Below, in pieces: positions 28,843 through 40,028 of a stretch of 64,000 nucleotides of DNA. The notes beneath the pieces are model-generated. The model saw nothing but the letters and a program-made list of their open reading frames with translations. It searched no databases and was not told the DNA's origin. A program made the translations under genes and the position numbers. The DNA is from Deltaproteobacteria bacterium Ga0077539. Its GTDB lineage: Bacteria; Myxococcota_A; Polyangia; Polyangiales; Ga0077539. Position 1 is the stretch's first letter. The number at the start of each line of letters is the position of its first letter. The stretch is taken from assembly GCA_001465015.1 (NCBI GenBank), contig LNEO01000242.1, positions 32,896 through 96,895 on the forward strand, read 5' to 3'.

Positions 28843-30236
28843 GCGCCACATCGCACAAGAGCGAAGGCAAGCTCGAGATCGACAGCAACGGCCCCTGGTC
28901 CTCGGCGTGGAAGATCGCCGCGGGCGTGGGCGCCCTTGGCCTCGCAGGAGTCGGCGCTGGATTCGCGTCGGACCCCAAGCGGCTGGCGTTCTCGTACCTC
29001 TTCGCGATCATGGCGGTTCTGACCCTCGCGATCGGAACGCTGTTCTTCGTGGTGATCCAGCACATCTCCGCGGCGCACTGGAGCGTTGGCATCCGGCGCA
29101 CGGCGGAGTTCTTCATGGGCGGCATCCCGGCGCTCATCGTGTTGTTTCTGCCGCTGTTCGCGCTGATGCAGTACTTTCCCCAGTGGGAGCACTACAATCA
29201 CGCGGGCGCGCACGGCGCCGCCGCGCAGTCCTCGGGCCACGGCGCGCAGCCAGCGGGCCACGGTGAGCACGGGCAGCAAGCAGGGCACGGCGCGCAAGCG
29301 GGCCACGGCGAGCGCCCGAGCTTGCACGAGCTCGAGACGCGCGGCCTCCACCACGTCCACCATCAGGTGCTCGAGAAGAAGAAGCTCTGGTTCGACAAGA
29401 CCTTCTTCTTCATTCGTCAGGCGATCTACCTCGGGATCTGGGCCTGGCTCTCGCGGCGCTTCTTCAAGCTCTCGACCGACCAGGACAAGAGCAAGGACAA
29501 GAGCCTGACCGTGACGATGGCGCGCTCGGCGCCGTGGTCGATCGCGCTGCTCGCGCTGACGTTGACCTTCGCGTCGTTCGACTGGCTGATGGCGCTCGAG
29601 CCCGCGTGGTACTCGACGATCTTCGGCGTGACGATCTTCGCGGGCGGCCTCGTGGCCGCGATGGCGGCGCTGATCCTCACGGGGCTCGGACTGAAGAAGG
29701 CCGGCTACCTCGGCGACGCGATCAACGTCGAGCACTTCCACGACATGGGCAAGCTCATGTTCGGGTTCAACTGCTTCTGGGCGTACGTGTGCTTCAGCCA
29801 GTTCTTCTTGATCTGGTACGCGAGCATCCCCGAAGAGACCATCTTCTACCACGCCCGGTGGAACCAGAACCCCGCCTGGCAGCCCGTGAGCATCTCGCTC
29901 GGCGCGCTTCACTTCGTGGTGCCGTTCATCTTCTTGATGTCTCGTAACATCAAGCGCCGCATGAACATGCTGGCGATGGGCGCGGGCCTCCTGCTCGCGA
30001 TGCACCTCGTCGAGTACTACTGGCTGGTGTTGCCGATGTTCAAGGCGGGCGCGCACGGCGCAGCCTCGCACGGCGCAGAGAGCCATCACTCGCTACCGCT
30101 GAGCTGGATGGATCTCGTGAGCGTGCTCGCCGTCGGCGGGGTCTACCTCGCGATGGTCTTCAAGCTCATGACGCAGCACAAGCTCATCCCGGTGTCGGAC
30201 CCGCGCCTCGAGCGCTCGAAGCACCACTCGAACTGA
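28839..30236 (+). CDS. actF: Alternative Complex III subunit ActF (second NrfD-like membrane subunit)
   Basis: GTG start overlapping the actE stop (GTGA). Multiple TM helices homologous in pattern to ActC. Contains a His/Gly-rich loop insert (aa 118-163). Confidence 0.85.
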   Translation: MSATSHKSEGKLEIDSNGPWSSAWKIAAGVGALGLAGVGAGFASDPKRLAFSYLFAIMAVLTLAIGTLFFVVIQHISAAHWSVGIRRTAEFFMGGIPALIVLFLPLFALMQYFPQWEHYNHAGAHGAAAQSSGHGAQPAGHGEHGQQAGHGAQAGHGERPSLHELETRGLHHVHHQVLEKKKLWFDKTFFFIRQAIYLGIWAWLSRRFFKLSTDQDKSKDKSLTVTMARSAPWSIALLALTLTFASFDWLMALEPAWYSTIFGVTIFAGGLVAAMAALILTGLGLKKAGYLGDAINVEHFHDMGKLMFGFNCFWAYVCFSQFFLIWYASIPEETIFYHARWNQNPAWQPVSISLGALHFVVPFIFLMSRNIKRRMNMLAMGAGLLLAMHLVEYYWLVLPMFKAGAHGAASHGAESHHSLPLSWMDLVSVLAVGGVYLAMVFKLMTQHKLIPVSDPRLERSKHHSN

Positions 30237-30249
30237 AGGAAATCAGACG

Positions 30250-30810
30250 ATGGCGTACGACAGAAGCGAGCCAAAGACGGGTCTGATCACGGGCCTCTCC
30301 GTGTTCGTGGTCGTCAGCGTGGTGCTCGTCCGGTACGGGCTGGTCTCGTACTACGACATGATGCACGACACCGAAACCTCTGTGAAAGTGGCCACGCGCG
30401 GCATCTGGCAGCTCAACGAGCTTCGCGCGAGCGCGCAGCAGCGGCTGTCGGGCGGCGCGATGCCCATCGATCAAGCGATGGCGGCGATCGCGCAGGGGCA
30501 GCGCCCCTCGGCGGTCAGCCCGCGCCCCTCGACGGACACCTCGGCGATCACGGGTTGGATGCAGAACAGCCAGCCCTTGCCGCGAGAGATGCCGCTGACC
30601 GAGCCGCCTCCGCCTCCGCCTCCGGTGGACCCAGCGACGCTGGGCGACGGTGGAGCCCCGGTGGTGGGCGACGGCGGAGCAGCGATCGCGGCTCCTGCGG
30701 TCGTCAACCCGGCGACCGTGCAGGCGCTCGTCAACCCATCGCCGACCGCGCCGCCGAGCGTTCACCCGGTGAACGCGACGCCGACGCCCGCAGGCGCTCC
30801 CGCGCATTGA
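30250..30810 (+). CDS. Small single-TM protein at the ActG position (ActG-like, uncertain) with a Pro-rich C-terminus
   Basis: 186-aa ORF 13 nt after actF. One TM helix (LITGLSVFVVVSVVLVRYGLV). Assigned by position only. Confidence 0.4.
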   Translation: MAYDRSEPKTGLITGLSVFVVVSVVLVRYGLVSYYDMMHDTETSVKVATRGIWQLNELRASAQQRLSGGAMPIDQAMAAIAQGQRPSAVSPRPSTDTSAITGWMQNSQPLPREMPLTEPPPPPPPVDPATLGDGGAPVVGDGGAAIAAPAVVNPATVQALVNPSPTAPPSVHPVNATPTPAGAPAH

Positions 30811-30881
30811 GCGAATTCGCAGCGAATTGATTGTTTGACGCTCGCTGGTAGAGCCACACGAACCCCTCGAGAGAACGCACT

Positions 30882-31820
30882 GTGACCCGCTCGAACTGCC
30901 GACTGATGACGACGCTCGCGATGGCGGCGTCCGCGACGCTGGGAGAATCCCTGGCGTTCGCTCAGTACGGCTTGGGCGTGCGTCAGGACGAAGGCGCGTC
31001 GAACGCCGCGCGCAACGTGACGCCGCCGAGGATCGAAGAGATCACGGTGACCGAGCACCTGAACGCGCAGCTGCCGATGGACGTCGAGCTTCGCGACGAG
31101 CGCGGCCGCGCGGTGCGGCTCAGCGAGTACTTCACCACTGGCAAGCCGGTGCTGATCAACCTCGCGTACTACCGCTGTCCGATGCTCTGTAACCTCGTGT
31201 CCAACGCGATGGTCAACGGGCTTCGGCAGGTCGCGTGGAACCCTGGGGATCAATACGAAGTGCTCACGGTGAGCATCGATCCGCGCGAGACGTCGCAGGA
31301 CGCGACGAATCGCCGTGCGCGCGTCGCCGATCAGTTCGCGCGCGCGTCGGGCGCCCGCGGCTGGCACTTCACGGTGGGTGACGAGGCGCAGGTGCGCAGG
31401 CTGGCGACGGCGCTGGGCTTCGGCTACCGCTACGAGCGAAGCCAGAACCAGTACTCGCACCCGGCGGTGATCTTCGTGGCGACTCCGTCAGGAAAGATCG
31501 CGCGATACCTGTACGGGATCTCGTTTCCGGCCAACGACCTTCGGCTGGGACTCATCGAGGCGTCCGAGGGGCGCTCGATCAGCACGGTGGATCGCGTGCT
31601 GATGTTTTGTTTTCACTTCGATCCCCAAGACCGTCGCTACGTCCTTGTGGCGCGGCAGGTGATGAAGCTCGGAGGCGGAGTGACTGCGGCGCTGCTCGGC
31701 AGCGGTCTGCTTGCGCTCTGGCTTCGCGAGCTGCGCAGAGACCGCGACCGAACGACCGCGACCGCAGGCATCTATCGCCGCGACGGCCGCGACACTGACG
31801 AGCAGGAGCACCGCGGGTAG
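30882..31820 (+). CDS. SCO1/SenC family copper chaperone (thioredoxin fold)
   Basis: PVLINLAYYRCPMLCNLVSNAM (the CxxxC copper-binding motif of the SCO family), a later conserved His (YSHPAVIFV) and a C-terminal TM helix. Sits between the act and cta genes. Confidence 0.8.
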   Translation: MTRSNCRLMTTLAMAASATLGESLAFAQYGLGVRQDEGASNAARNVTPPRIEEITVTEHLNAQLPMDVELRDERGRAVRLSEYFTTGKPVLINLAYYRCPMLCNLVSNAMVNGLRQVAWNPGDQYEVLTVSIDPRETSQDATNRRARVADQFARASGARGWHFTVGDEAQVRRLATALGFGYRYERSQNQYSHPAVIFVATPSGKIARYLYGISFPANDLRLGLIEASEGRSISTVDRVLMFCFHFDPQDRRYVLVARQVMKLGGGVTAALLGSGLLALWLRELRRDRDRTTATAGIYRRDGRDTDEQEHRG

Positions 31821-31891
31821 CTCCCCGCGGCGCATCAGAAACCGGATTTCCTAAAGAGACCCTTCAGTCTCGTACGAACGGCGACAAGACG

Positions 31892-32905
31892 ATGGAGACG
31901 ATGCAACTGCCCCCCCAATGGTCCACCTTCGCAAGGCAGGTCGATTGGGCTTTCTACTTCATCTACTACCTGAGCGTGTTTCTCTTCGTCGTGATCATCG
32001 GCGCGGCGATGTACTTCGTGTACCAGTACCGCCGAAAGCCCGGCGTGAAGGCGGAGCCGACGGGTCACGCGACGGTGCTCGAGATCACGTGGACGGTGTC
32101 GCCGCTGGCGATCCTCGCGTTTCTCTTTCACATCGGGTTTCGCGGTTACATCGACATGTCGGTGGCGCCTGCGGACGCGATGGAGATTCGCGTGCGCGCA
32201 AAGAAGTGGTCGTGGGACTTCGAGTATCCCAACGGCGGTCACTCGAACATCCTGCACGTCCCGGTGAACCGCCCGGTGCGCCTGGTGATGTCTTCCGAGG
32301 ACGTGATCCACTCGCTGTACATCCCGGCGTTTCGCGTGAAGAAGGACACGGTTCCCGGCTTCTACAGCACGTTGTGGTTCGAGGCGACGCAGACCGGTGA
32401 GACCGACCTGTTCTGCACCGAGTACTGCGGCGCCGCCGTCGGAACGACCGAGATTTCTCCGGGCGATCCCAACGTCGGGCGCGAGGGCAACCGTCGGCAC
32501 GTCGGACACTTCAGCATGATCACGAAGGTCCGCATCCAGACGATGGCCGAGTACAACACCTTTCTCGAGTCGATCTTGCGGCCGCCGACGGACCCGGCGA
32601 CCGGCCGCGAGGCGACGCCCGAGAAGTGGGGCGAGATCCTCTATCGCTCGCAGCAGTGCAACACGTGCCACTCGACGGACGGCTCGGCGATGACCGGTCC
32701 GACGTGGCGTGGGCTCTTCGGCCGTCAGCGTCAGTTCACGGACGGCTCGAGCGCAAACGCCGACGCAAACTACATCCGTCAGGCGATCATCGCGCCGAAC
32801 GCGAAGGTCGTTCAGGGCTTCAACGGCGTCATGCCCTCGTTCGCGGGGACGCTCCGCGACAACCAGATCGACGCGTTGATCGCGTACATCCGCACGCTGC
32901 GCTGA
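31892..32905 (+). CDS. ctaC: Cytochrome c oxidase subunit II, caa3-type (CuA domain plus C-terminal cytochrome c domain)
   Basis: Two N-terminal TM helices. CuA ligands are H140, C175-x3-C179 and H206-x2-M209, but 25 residues instead of 2 separate CG from H. The C-terminal heme motif is CNTCH with a downstream M. Confidence 0.9.
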   Translation: METMQLPPQWSTFARQVDWAFYFIYYLSVFLFVVIIGAAMYFVYQYRRKPGVKAEPTGHATVLEITWTVSPLAILAFLFHIGFRGYIDMSVAPADAMEIRVRAKKWSWDFEYPNGGHSNILHVPVNRPVRLVMSSEDVIHSLYIPAFRVKKDTVPGFYSTLWFEATQTGETDLFCTEYCGAAVGTTEISPGDPNVGREGNRRHVGHFSMITKVRIQTMAEYNTFLESILRPPTDPATGREATPEKWGEILYRSQQCNTCHSTDGSAMTGPTWRGLFGRQRQFTDGSSANADANYIRQAIIAPNAKVVQGFNGVMPSFAGTLRDNQIDALIAYIRTLR

Positions 32906-32962
32906 GCGGCGATTCCTCTATTCGAGCTGTTTTGACTTTCTGAGAGAAAGGGACCTCAAGCG

Positions 32963-34639
<1,677 letters not shown>

Positions 34640-34710
34640 TTCCGCGACGCTGCGCGGAGATCGCAGCGTCTCGGGTTCAAAACCAACCAAGGCGACAGGA
34701 CGAAGAGCCA

Positions 34711-35400
34711 ATGGCCAGCGCGCACAGCGACCACGGACACGGAGATCATCCGAAGTTCCTCGCGCACCACTTCGACACCCCCGAGCAGCAGTTCGACGCT
34801 GCCAAGTTCGGAATGTGGGTGTTCATCGTCACCGAGATCCTGATGTTCGGCGGGCTCTTCGTGGCCTACCTCATCTACAAGGGTCAGGAGCCGTCCGTCT
34901 TCATCGAGGCCCACCGGCGCCTCGATTGGAAGCTCGGCAGCGCGAACACGATCGTCCTGCTCTTCAGCTCGCTCACCGCGGCGCTCGCCGTGCGCTCGAG
35001 CCAGCTCGGAAAGAAGAACGAGACCACCATGTGGCTCATGATCACGATCGCCTGCGCGTTCGTGTTCATGGGGATCAAGTACGTCGAGTACTCCCACAAG
35101 TTTCATGACGGCCTCTTGCCCGGCCGATACTTCACCGCGCACTTGCCAGAGCACGCCCACAACGGCCAGGTGCTCCCGCAGCGCGCGAACATGTACTTCG
35201 CGCTGTACTTCATGATGACGGGCCTGCACGGCTTGCACGTCCTCATCGGCGCCAGCGCGCTGGGCTACGTTCTGTATCGCAACCTCCGCGGCGACTTCTC
35301 GCCCGAGTACTTCACCCCCGTCGAGATCGGCGCGCTGTACTGGCACCTCGTCGACCTCGTCTGGATCTACCTCTTCCCCTTGGTCTACCTGGTGGGCTGA
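34711..35400 (+). CDS. ctaE: Cytochrome c oxidase subunit III
   Basis: Interior ATG at 34711. HHFDTPEQQFDAAKFGMWVFIVTEILMFGGLF and YWHLVDLVWIYLFPLVY are CoxIII signatures. Confidence 0.9.
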   Translation: MASAHSDHGHGDHPKFLAHHFDTPEQQFDAAKFGMWVFIVTEILMFGGLFVAYLIYKGQEPSVFIEAHRRLDWKLGSANTIVLLFSSLTAALAVRSSQLGKKNETTMWLMITIACAFVFMGIKYVEYSHKFHDGLLPGRYFTAHLPEHAHNGQVLPQRANMYFALYFMMTGLHGLHVLIGASALGYVLYRNLRGDFSPEYFTPVEIGALYWHLVDLVWIYLFPLVYLVG

Positions 35401-35404
35401 AGCC

Positions 35405-35848
35405 ATGAGCGATCACTCGCACGCACACGACGACGGCAAAGTGCACGCGCACGTCTCGCCGTTCTTGTTTATGGTCGCGATCTTCGGAGCGCTGGTGGTC
35501 TTGACGGTGGTCACCGTCGCGGCGTCGCGCTTCGACTTCGGTTCGGCCAACACCCTCATCGCGGTGCTCATCGCGACGGCGAAGGCGGCCCTCGTCGCGA
35601 CGTTCTTCATGCACCTGAAGTACGACAAGGGCTTTCACGCGCTGATCTTCGTGATGTCCTTCGTGTTCTTGGGCGTGTTCTTGCTCATCACGCTCGAGGA
35701 CGTCGACACGCGCGGCCGCGTCGACAACGCGAGCACCGTGCGCATGCACGAGCGGCGTGGCGAGCAGGCGCCTGGCGGCTTCGTGCTCGACCCGCGCGGC
35801 GTGCAAGCGCGCGAGCGCCAGCCCGCTGGCGGCGGCGCGCACCACTGA
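35405..35848 (+). CDS. ctaF: Cytochrome c oxidase subunit IV (prokaryotic caa3-type small subunit)
   Basis: 147-aa ORF 4 nt after ctaE. LIATAKAALVATFFMHLKYDK matches the conserved motif of the bacterial subunit IV family. Three TM helices. Confidence 0.75.
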   Translation: MSDHSHAHDDGKVHAHVSPFLFMVAIFGALVVLTVVTVAASRFDFGSANTLIAVLIATAKAALVATFFMHLKYDKGFHALIFVMSFVFLGVFLLITLEDVDTRGRVDNASTVRMHERRGEQAPGGFVLDPRGVQARERQPAGGGAHH

Positions 35849-35877
35849 GCGAACACGGGGGGAAGCGAAGGGGACCG

Positions 35878-35914
35878 CGGCAGCGTGCGGAAGCGCTCAG
35901 CGCTTGCGCTGCCG
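35878..35914 (+). terminator. Possible stem-loop after the cta operon (no clear U-tract)
   Basis: CGGCAGCG..AAGCGC-TCA-GCGCTT.CGCTGCCG lies 30 nt downstream of the ctaF stop. It is GC-rich and bulged, and is followed only by GTGTTGG. Confidence 0.25.
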
Positions 35915-35986
35915 TGGCGGTGTTGGCGCTCGAAGTACACTTCGGCTCTCGCCACCAGAGGGCATTAGCGCTACCTACCCCCGGAC

Positions 35987-36865
35987 GTGTCCAGCGAAGC
36001 TCCAGAGCGCAGCGCTCGAGCGGGCGAGGCCGAGCGGCCGTTGACCCGCAACAAGAAGATCGCCCTCGCGGCGCTCGCGGTGGTGTTTCTCGCCATCAAC
36101 GTCGACGGCATCGCTCGGCGGTTTCGTAAGCGTACGCACTTCGCGGTGGCGAGCGTTCCGCAGCTCGGATATCCCCGGTGCGGCGGAGAGGACGCGGGCG
36201 CGCCCTCCCAGGGCGAGGCGCTGTTCTCGAGCTCGCTCGTGGCGCTTCCGATGGCTGTCGACCGAGACGCGTGGGAGCGCTTCGAGCTTCGCGCGCGCGG
36301 CTGCCATCGCGTCGTGACCGTGCACCGTGAGTCTCCGCGCGAAGTGGTCGACGGCGAGGTCGTCTACGACGAGTCCATGCGACCCGTCCGAGCGTGGCGT
36401 CGCGTGGGAAAGCCGAGCCCCCGAGGCATCCTGTACGACACGCGGACCTACGATTTTCGCACGCCGTTCATCACGGTCACGCGCGTCGAGGCGAACGGGC
36501 GTCGGAGCTACGAAGAGCTGCGCCCGAAAGAGAAGCCCACGATCGTGCTGGCTCCTTCGAACGCGGGGGTTCTGCCGTGGATTCAGGCGGCGCGGTTGAG
36601 CGAAGGGGCCCGCGTCGAGGCGTGGGTGCTCGATCTGCGCGATCCGCTCGAGCGCGCGTGGCGATCCACGCTTCGCCGCGAGCCCGACATGAACGTCGAC
36701 GGGCTCGGCCGCGTTCGTGTGTATGCGCTCGACGAAGAGAGCTACTTCGTCGACGAGCAAGAGAGCGTGGTCGGGACGCTCTCGGGCATGCGTGATCCCG
36801 CCCGACTGGGTCGAACGCTGCCGGCAGAGTTCGACGGGCAGTCGCCAGCAGAGCCCTGGCGATAG
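35987..36865 (+). CDS. Hypothetical membrane-anchored protein
   Basis: 292-aa ORF with a GTG start, one N-terminal TM helix (IALAALAVVFLAINV) and balanced composition. I recognised no family. Confidence 0.45.
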   Translation: MSSEAPERSARAGEAERPLTRNKKIALAALAVVFLAINVDGIARRFRKRTHFAVASVPQLGYPRCGGEDAGAPSQGEALFSSSLVALPMAVDRDAWERFELRARGCHRVVTVHRESPREVVDGEVVYDESMRPVRAWRRVGKPSPRGILYDTRTYDFRTPFITVTRVEANGRRSYEELRPKEKPTIVLAPSNAGVLPWIQAARLSEGARVEAWVLDLRDPLERAWRSTLRREPDMNVDGLGRVRVYALDEESYFVDEQESVVGTLSGMRDPARLGRTLPAEFDGQSPAEPWR

Positions 36866-36877
36866 CGGAGCGCGGGA

Positions 36878-37648
36878 CTACTCCGCGTGCGGGGCGCGCA
36901 GTCGGCGCACCCGCTCGAGGTCTGCGGCCCAACCACCCTGCAGCGCCGGTGGGAGCAGCTCGGCGAGGGCGAGCCCGAGCTGCGCGTCGTGGACCTTCGT
37001 GTGCTTCGCCCAGAGCACGAGCGGCCCGAAGCGCACACGCCACTGTTGGCCGTCGAACCACGCGGCGCACGGGAGCGTCGGAACGCCGATCGTCGCGAGC
37101 CATCGCCCCGCGCCGTCGCGGATCGCGCCGAGCTGGACGCCCGCGATTCCCTCGGGAAAAACCACGCTGACGCGCTCGCTCGCGCGGCGCTTCCACTGCC
37201 TGAGCGCTCCCCAATCGGGGCGCGCTTCGGACATGGCGATGACGACGAGGTGGGCGCTCCATCGCCAGCGCAAGGCGCGTCCGATGGGAGCGGCGAGGGC
37301 GCGGAGCCATCGCGCGAAGCGGCTCTTCGGGACGCGTCCTCGTCGACCGCCGACCATGAGCACGCGATCGAGCGCGGACGGACACGCGTCGCCGACCGCG
37401 TCGAGCGCAGCGCGGACGATCGCGCCGCTCGCGCCGTCGCTGAAGTGATTGAGCGCGATCACGAACGCTCCGTCCCGAGGAACGTGCTGCTCTCCCTCGA
37501 CGTGAACCGCGAACGGACGCGACAGCCAACGCAAGAGCGTGCGCGCCGAGCGTCCGGTGAGCGTCGCGATGGCGAGCACGAACAAGTCCCACGCGAGCGA
37601 CAGCGTCGGCGGCCGGTATCCGCGTGCGGTCAGCGCGGCGCGGGTCAT
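36878..37648 (-). CDS. Putative lysophospholipid acyltransferase (PlsC-like)
   Basis: Interior ATG at 37648. N-terminal TM helix, then VIALNHFSDG (a degenerate HxxxxD block) and VVFPEGIAG (an FPEG block). Confidence 0.5.
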   Translation of the reverse strand: MTRAALTARGYRPPTLSLAWDLFVLAIATLTGRSARTLLRWLSRPFAVHVEGEQHVPRDGAFVIALNHFSDGASGAIVRAALDAVGDACPSALDRVLMVGGRRGRVPKSRFARWLRALAAPIGRALRWRWSAHLVVIAMSEARPDWGALRQWKRRASERVSVVFPEGIAGVQLGAIRDGAGRWLATIGVPTLPCAAWFDGQQWRVRFGPLVLWAKHTKVHDAQLGLALAELLPPALQGGWAADLERVRRLRAPHAE

Positions 37649-37953
37649 TTCTTGGGAGGAAAGGGACCCTGCTGCGGGTGCTGCGCGAACGGGTTGGCCT
37701 GCGAGAGCTCGTCGTTGCTGAGGTTGGCGGTGTGAAAGCCCGGCGGCGGTCCGTTCATGGGCGGTCCGAACTGCGCGCCTGGGTTGGGTGGCGGTGGCTG
37801 TTGTGCGCCTGGGCTCGAGCTGCTGCCGGTGCACGCGGACGAGCTCGCTTCGCCGGACGCCTCGCAGCTCACCTCGCCGAGCGACTCGCTGCTGGCCTCG
37901 AACGAGCTCTCGGAGGAGCTCCCGAACACATCATCGATGACAAAGAACCGCAT
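37645..37953 (-). CDS. Small Ser/Glu- and Pro/Gln-rich low-complexity protein, translationally coupled to the acyltransferase gene
   Basis: Interior ATG at 37953 (MRFFVIDDVFGSSSE...). Its stop overlaps the downstream ATG (ATGA at 37645-37648). Coding status is uncertain. Confidence 0.3.
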   Translation of the reverse strand: MRFFVIDDVFGSSSESSFEASSESLGEVSCEASGEASSSACTGSSSSPGAQQPPPPNPGAQFGPPMNGPPPGFHTANLSNDELSQANPFAQHPQQGPFPPKK

Positions 37954-38142
37954 CGCCCGGACCTCGTGTGCAGTGTGATCGAGCGCCCTGCAGAGCGCTA
38001 GCGCGTTTGCAGGAGCAGCTCGATCGAGCGACGCCACGACGACGCGCGATGGCTGCCTCGGGGCCTCGATACGGGGCGGCGTCCCGCGGCGAAGAGACTG
38101 CAAACTGCGTGAGATTTTGCGGGAATTGCGTATGTTCGACCG

Positions 38143-38805
38143 GTGTTGCAGCAGGGCGTTTCGAGGGTGCTCTTCGTGCTGGTCGCGTCGCTCGCGGGGT
38201 GCACGCCGAGCGCAGACACAACAACGTTGGCGGGCGGCGGTTCGTCCGGCGGTCGAGCGGTCATGGACGCGGGCGCGCTCGAGCCCGACGCGAGCAACGT
38301 CGCTCTCGTAGAGGACGCGAGCGTCGAGGCGGGCGCGGCTGCGTGCGTCGGGACCGTGGGCCCAGCGCCAGACGGGGCGCGCGCTGTGGACGACCCGGCG
38401 CTGCTCGCTCGCGCGGTCGGCGCGCCCGAAGCGGGAGAGCTCTGCGCAGGCGTCGTCTACGAAGCGACCCGACCGATCGCGCTCTACCGCGTCTGGCAGC
38501 GAGATCGCGCGTACACCGAGCGCGGCCGGTGGTGGTCGCTCGAGCGACCCACGAATTCGAGAGAGGACTACCGACGAGACAACGCGATCTGCCCCGAGTG
38601 GAGCGCGCTCGACGTGCTCTCTCGCTGCGAGCTTCGCGCGGGCGCGCGCTTCGTAGTGGGCCCGGGACAGAGCGTTCGGTGTCAGGATCGATCGCTCATC
38701 GCGGCGTCGGCGGTGAGGCAGGTGTACGTGGACAACGACGGGCAGCGAGGGGTGTTCTTCGTCGAGCGGTGCGAGCAGCTCGGCGCCTTTCCTTCGGCGA
38801 ACTGA
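38143..38805 (+). CDS. Hypothetical lipoprotein
   Basis: 220-aa ORF with lipobox LVASLAGC. I recognised no family. Confidence 0.5.
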   Translation: MLQQGVSRVLFVLVASLAGCTPSADTTTLAGGGSSGGRAVMDAGALEPDASNVALVEDASVEAGAAACVGTVGPAPDGARAVDDPALLARAVGAPEAGELCAGVVYEATRPIALYRVWQRDRAYTERGRWWSLERPTNSREDYRRDNAICPEWSALDVLSRCELRAGARFVVGPGQSVRCQDRSLIAASAVRQVYVDNDGQRGVFFVERCEQLGAFPSAN

Positions 38806-38811
38806 GGGCGC

Positions 38812-39984
38812 TCAGGGTCGAAGGCGCGCGGGCGACTCGATCGCCGCGGGCGTGCAGCCCATCGGGGCGGTGACGGGCGAGCAGCGAGAGGGCGTCCCCG
38901 TCGGGATCTCGACCACGTACGACGTGCCCATCGTAGGCGCGGGAAAATCTGTGCTGACGATCTGCGCTCCGGACGCGAGCGCGGCCATCAATTGTGTGCG
39001 TGTATTCATGCGCGCCGTCGTCGGGTCGGAGTCCGCGCGGGTGCGAACCAGGTAGTTTGCCGCGAGCGCGCGCGCGATGGCCGTCGCGCTCGAGGTCGGG
39101 TCGTTGAGCACGAGCACGGCGGCGAAGGGCTCGCCCATGGTGCCGTCGACGAACATGAGTCGATCGTTGAGGTCCCGGCCTCCGCGCGTGTAGATCGAGC
39201 GAGGCGTCGTGGTGTTGTCGAGGTAGAAGAGCACTCGACCTCGGGTCTGCGCGAGCGTTGGCCAACCGCGGGTGGTGATCGCTTCGGCGAGCGTAGTGGA
39301 TGCGCCGCGCACCTCGTCGGGCGTGATGATCCACGATCGATCGAAGACCGAGAGGATCTCGCGCTCGACCTGCGCGAAGCCTGCCTCGTCGTACGCGCCC
39401 TCGGGGCCCTTGGGCTCGACCTGGATGAACAGCGGGTGATGGCCCGGATTGGCCGCAGAAAACGTGCGGATCGCGAGCAGGCAGTCGGTGAAGTACCTGC
39501 ACGTCGAGCGATCGTCGAGCGAGGGGACGTGATAGACCTGAAAGCGTCTGCAGCGCGGGTCCCACTGAAGGTCGAGCTCGAGGCCACGGACGCCCTGGTT
39601 TGTGAGCTGCTCGCCGAGCGGGGCGTGCTCGTAGTTCCACTCGGGGAGGTCGACGCGACCGCGGAGGTGGTAGCTGTTGTGCGTCGCTTCGGACTGGATG
39701 TGATTGACCCGCAAGGTGTCGTCCATCGGGTGCGCGACGGCTGGGCTGCGCACGAAGGTCATCGGTGACGGCAGCGAGGGGCAGGTGGCCGCGTCGGTCG
39801 GGCTCGTCGCTGCGTCCGCTTCGGCGTCGCCCGTCACGTCCGTGGTGTCGGGAGCGCTCATGGTGTCGGACGCGGTGACGGTGTCCGCTGCGTCCGAGCC
39901 GCTCGCGTCGACGTTGTTCGACGGAGAGCAAGCGACGAGCGCCGCGGCGATCGTGGCGGGGGCGAAGCAGAACGAGAAGCGCAT
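38812..39984 (-). CDS. Lipoprotein, PI-PLC-like phosphodiesterase (Ca-dependent phosphoinositide phospholipase C1-like family)
   Basis: Lipobox AAALVAC. The segment NHIQSEATHNSYHL...LGEQLTNQGVRGLELDLQWD...FQVYHVP resembles the PLC-like phosphodiesterase TIM-barrel catalytic region. Confidence 0.65.
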   Translation of the reverse strand: MRFSFCFAPATIAAALVACSPSNNVDASGSDAADTVTASDTMSAPDTTDVTGDAEADAATSPTDAATCPSLPSPMTFVRSPAVAHPMDDTLRVNHIQSEATHNSYHLRGRVDLPEWNYEHAPLGEQLTNQGVRGLELDLQWDPRCRRFQVYHVPSLDDRSTCRYFTDCLLAIRTFSAANPGHHPLFIQVEPKGPEGAYDEAGFAQVEREILSVFDRSWIITPDEVRGASTTLAEAITTRGWPTLAQTRGRVLFYLDNTTTPRSIYTRGGRDLNDRLMFVDGTMGEPFAAVLVLNDPTSSATAIARALAANYLVRTRADSDPTTARMNTRTQLMAALASGAQIVSTDFPAPTMGTSYVVEIPTGTPSRCSPVTAPMGCTPAAIESPARLRP

Positions 39985-40028
39985 CGCGAAATGATACGAC
40001 GCGCACGGCCGCGAGCGAGCGCCGCGAA

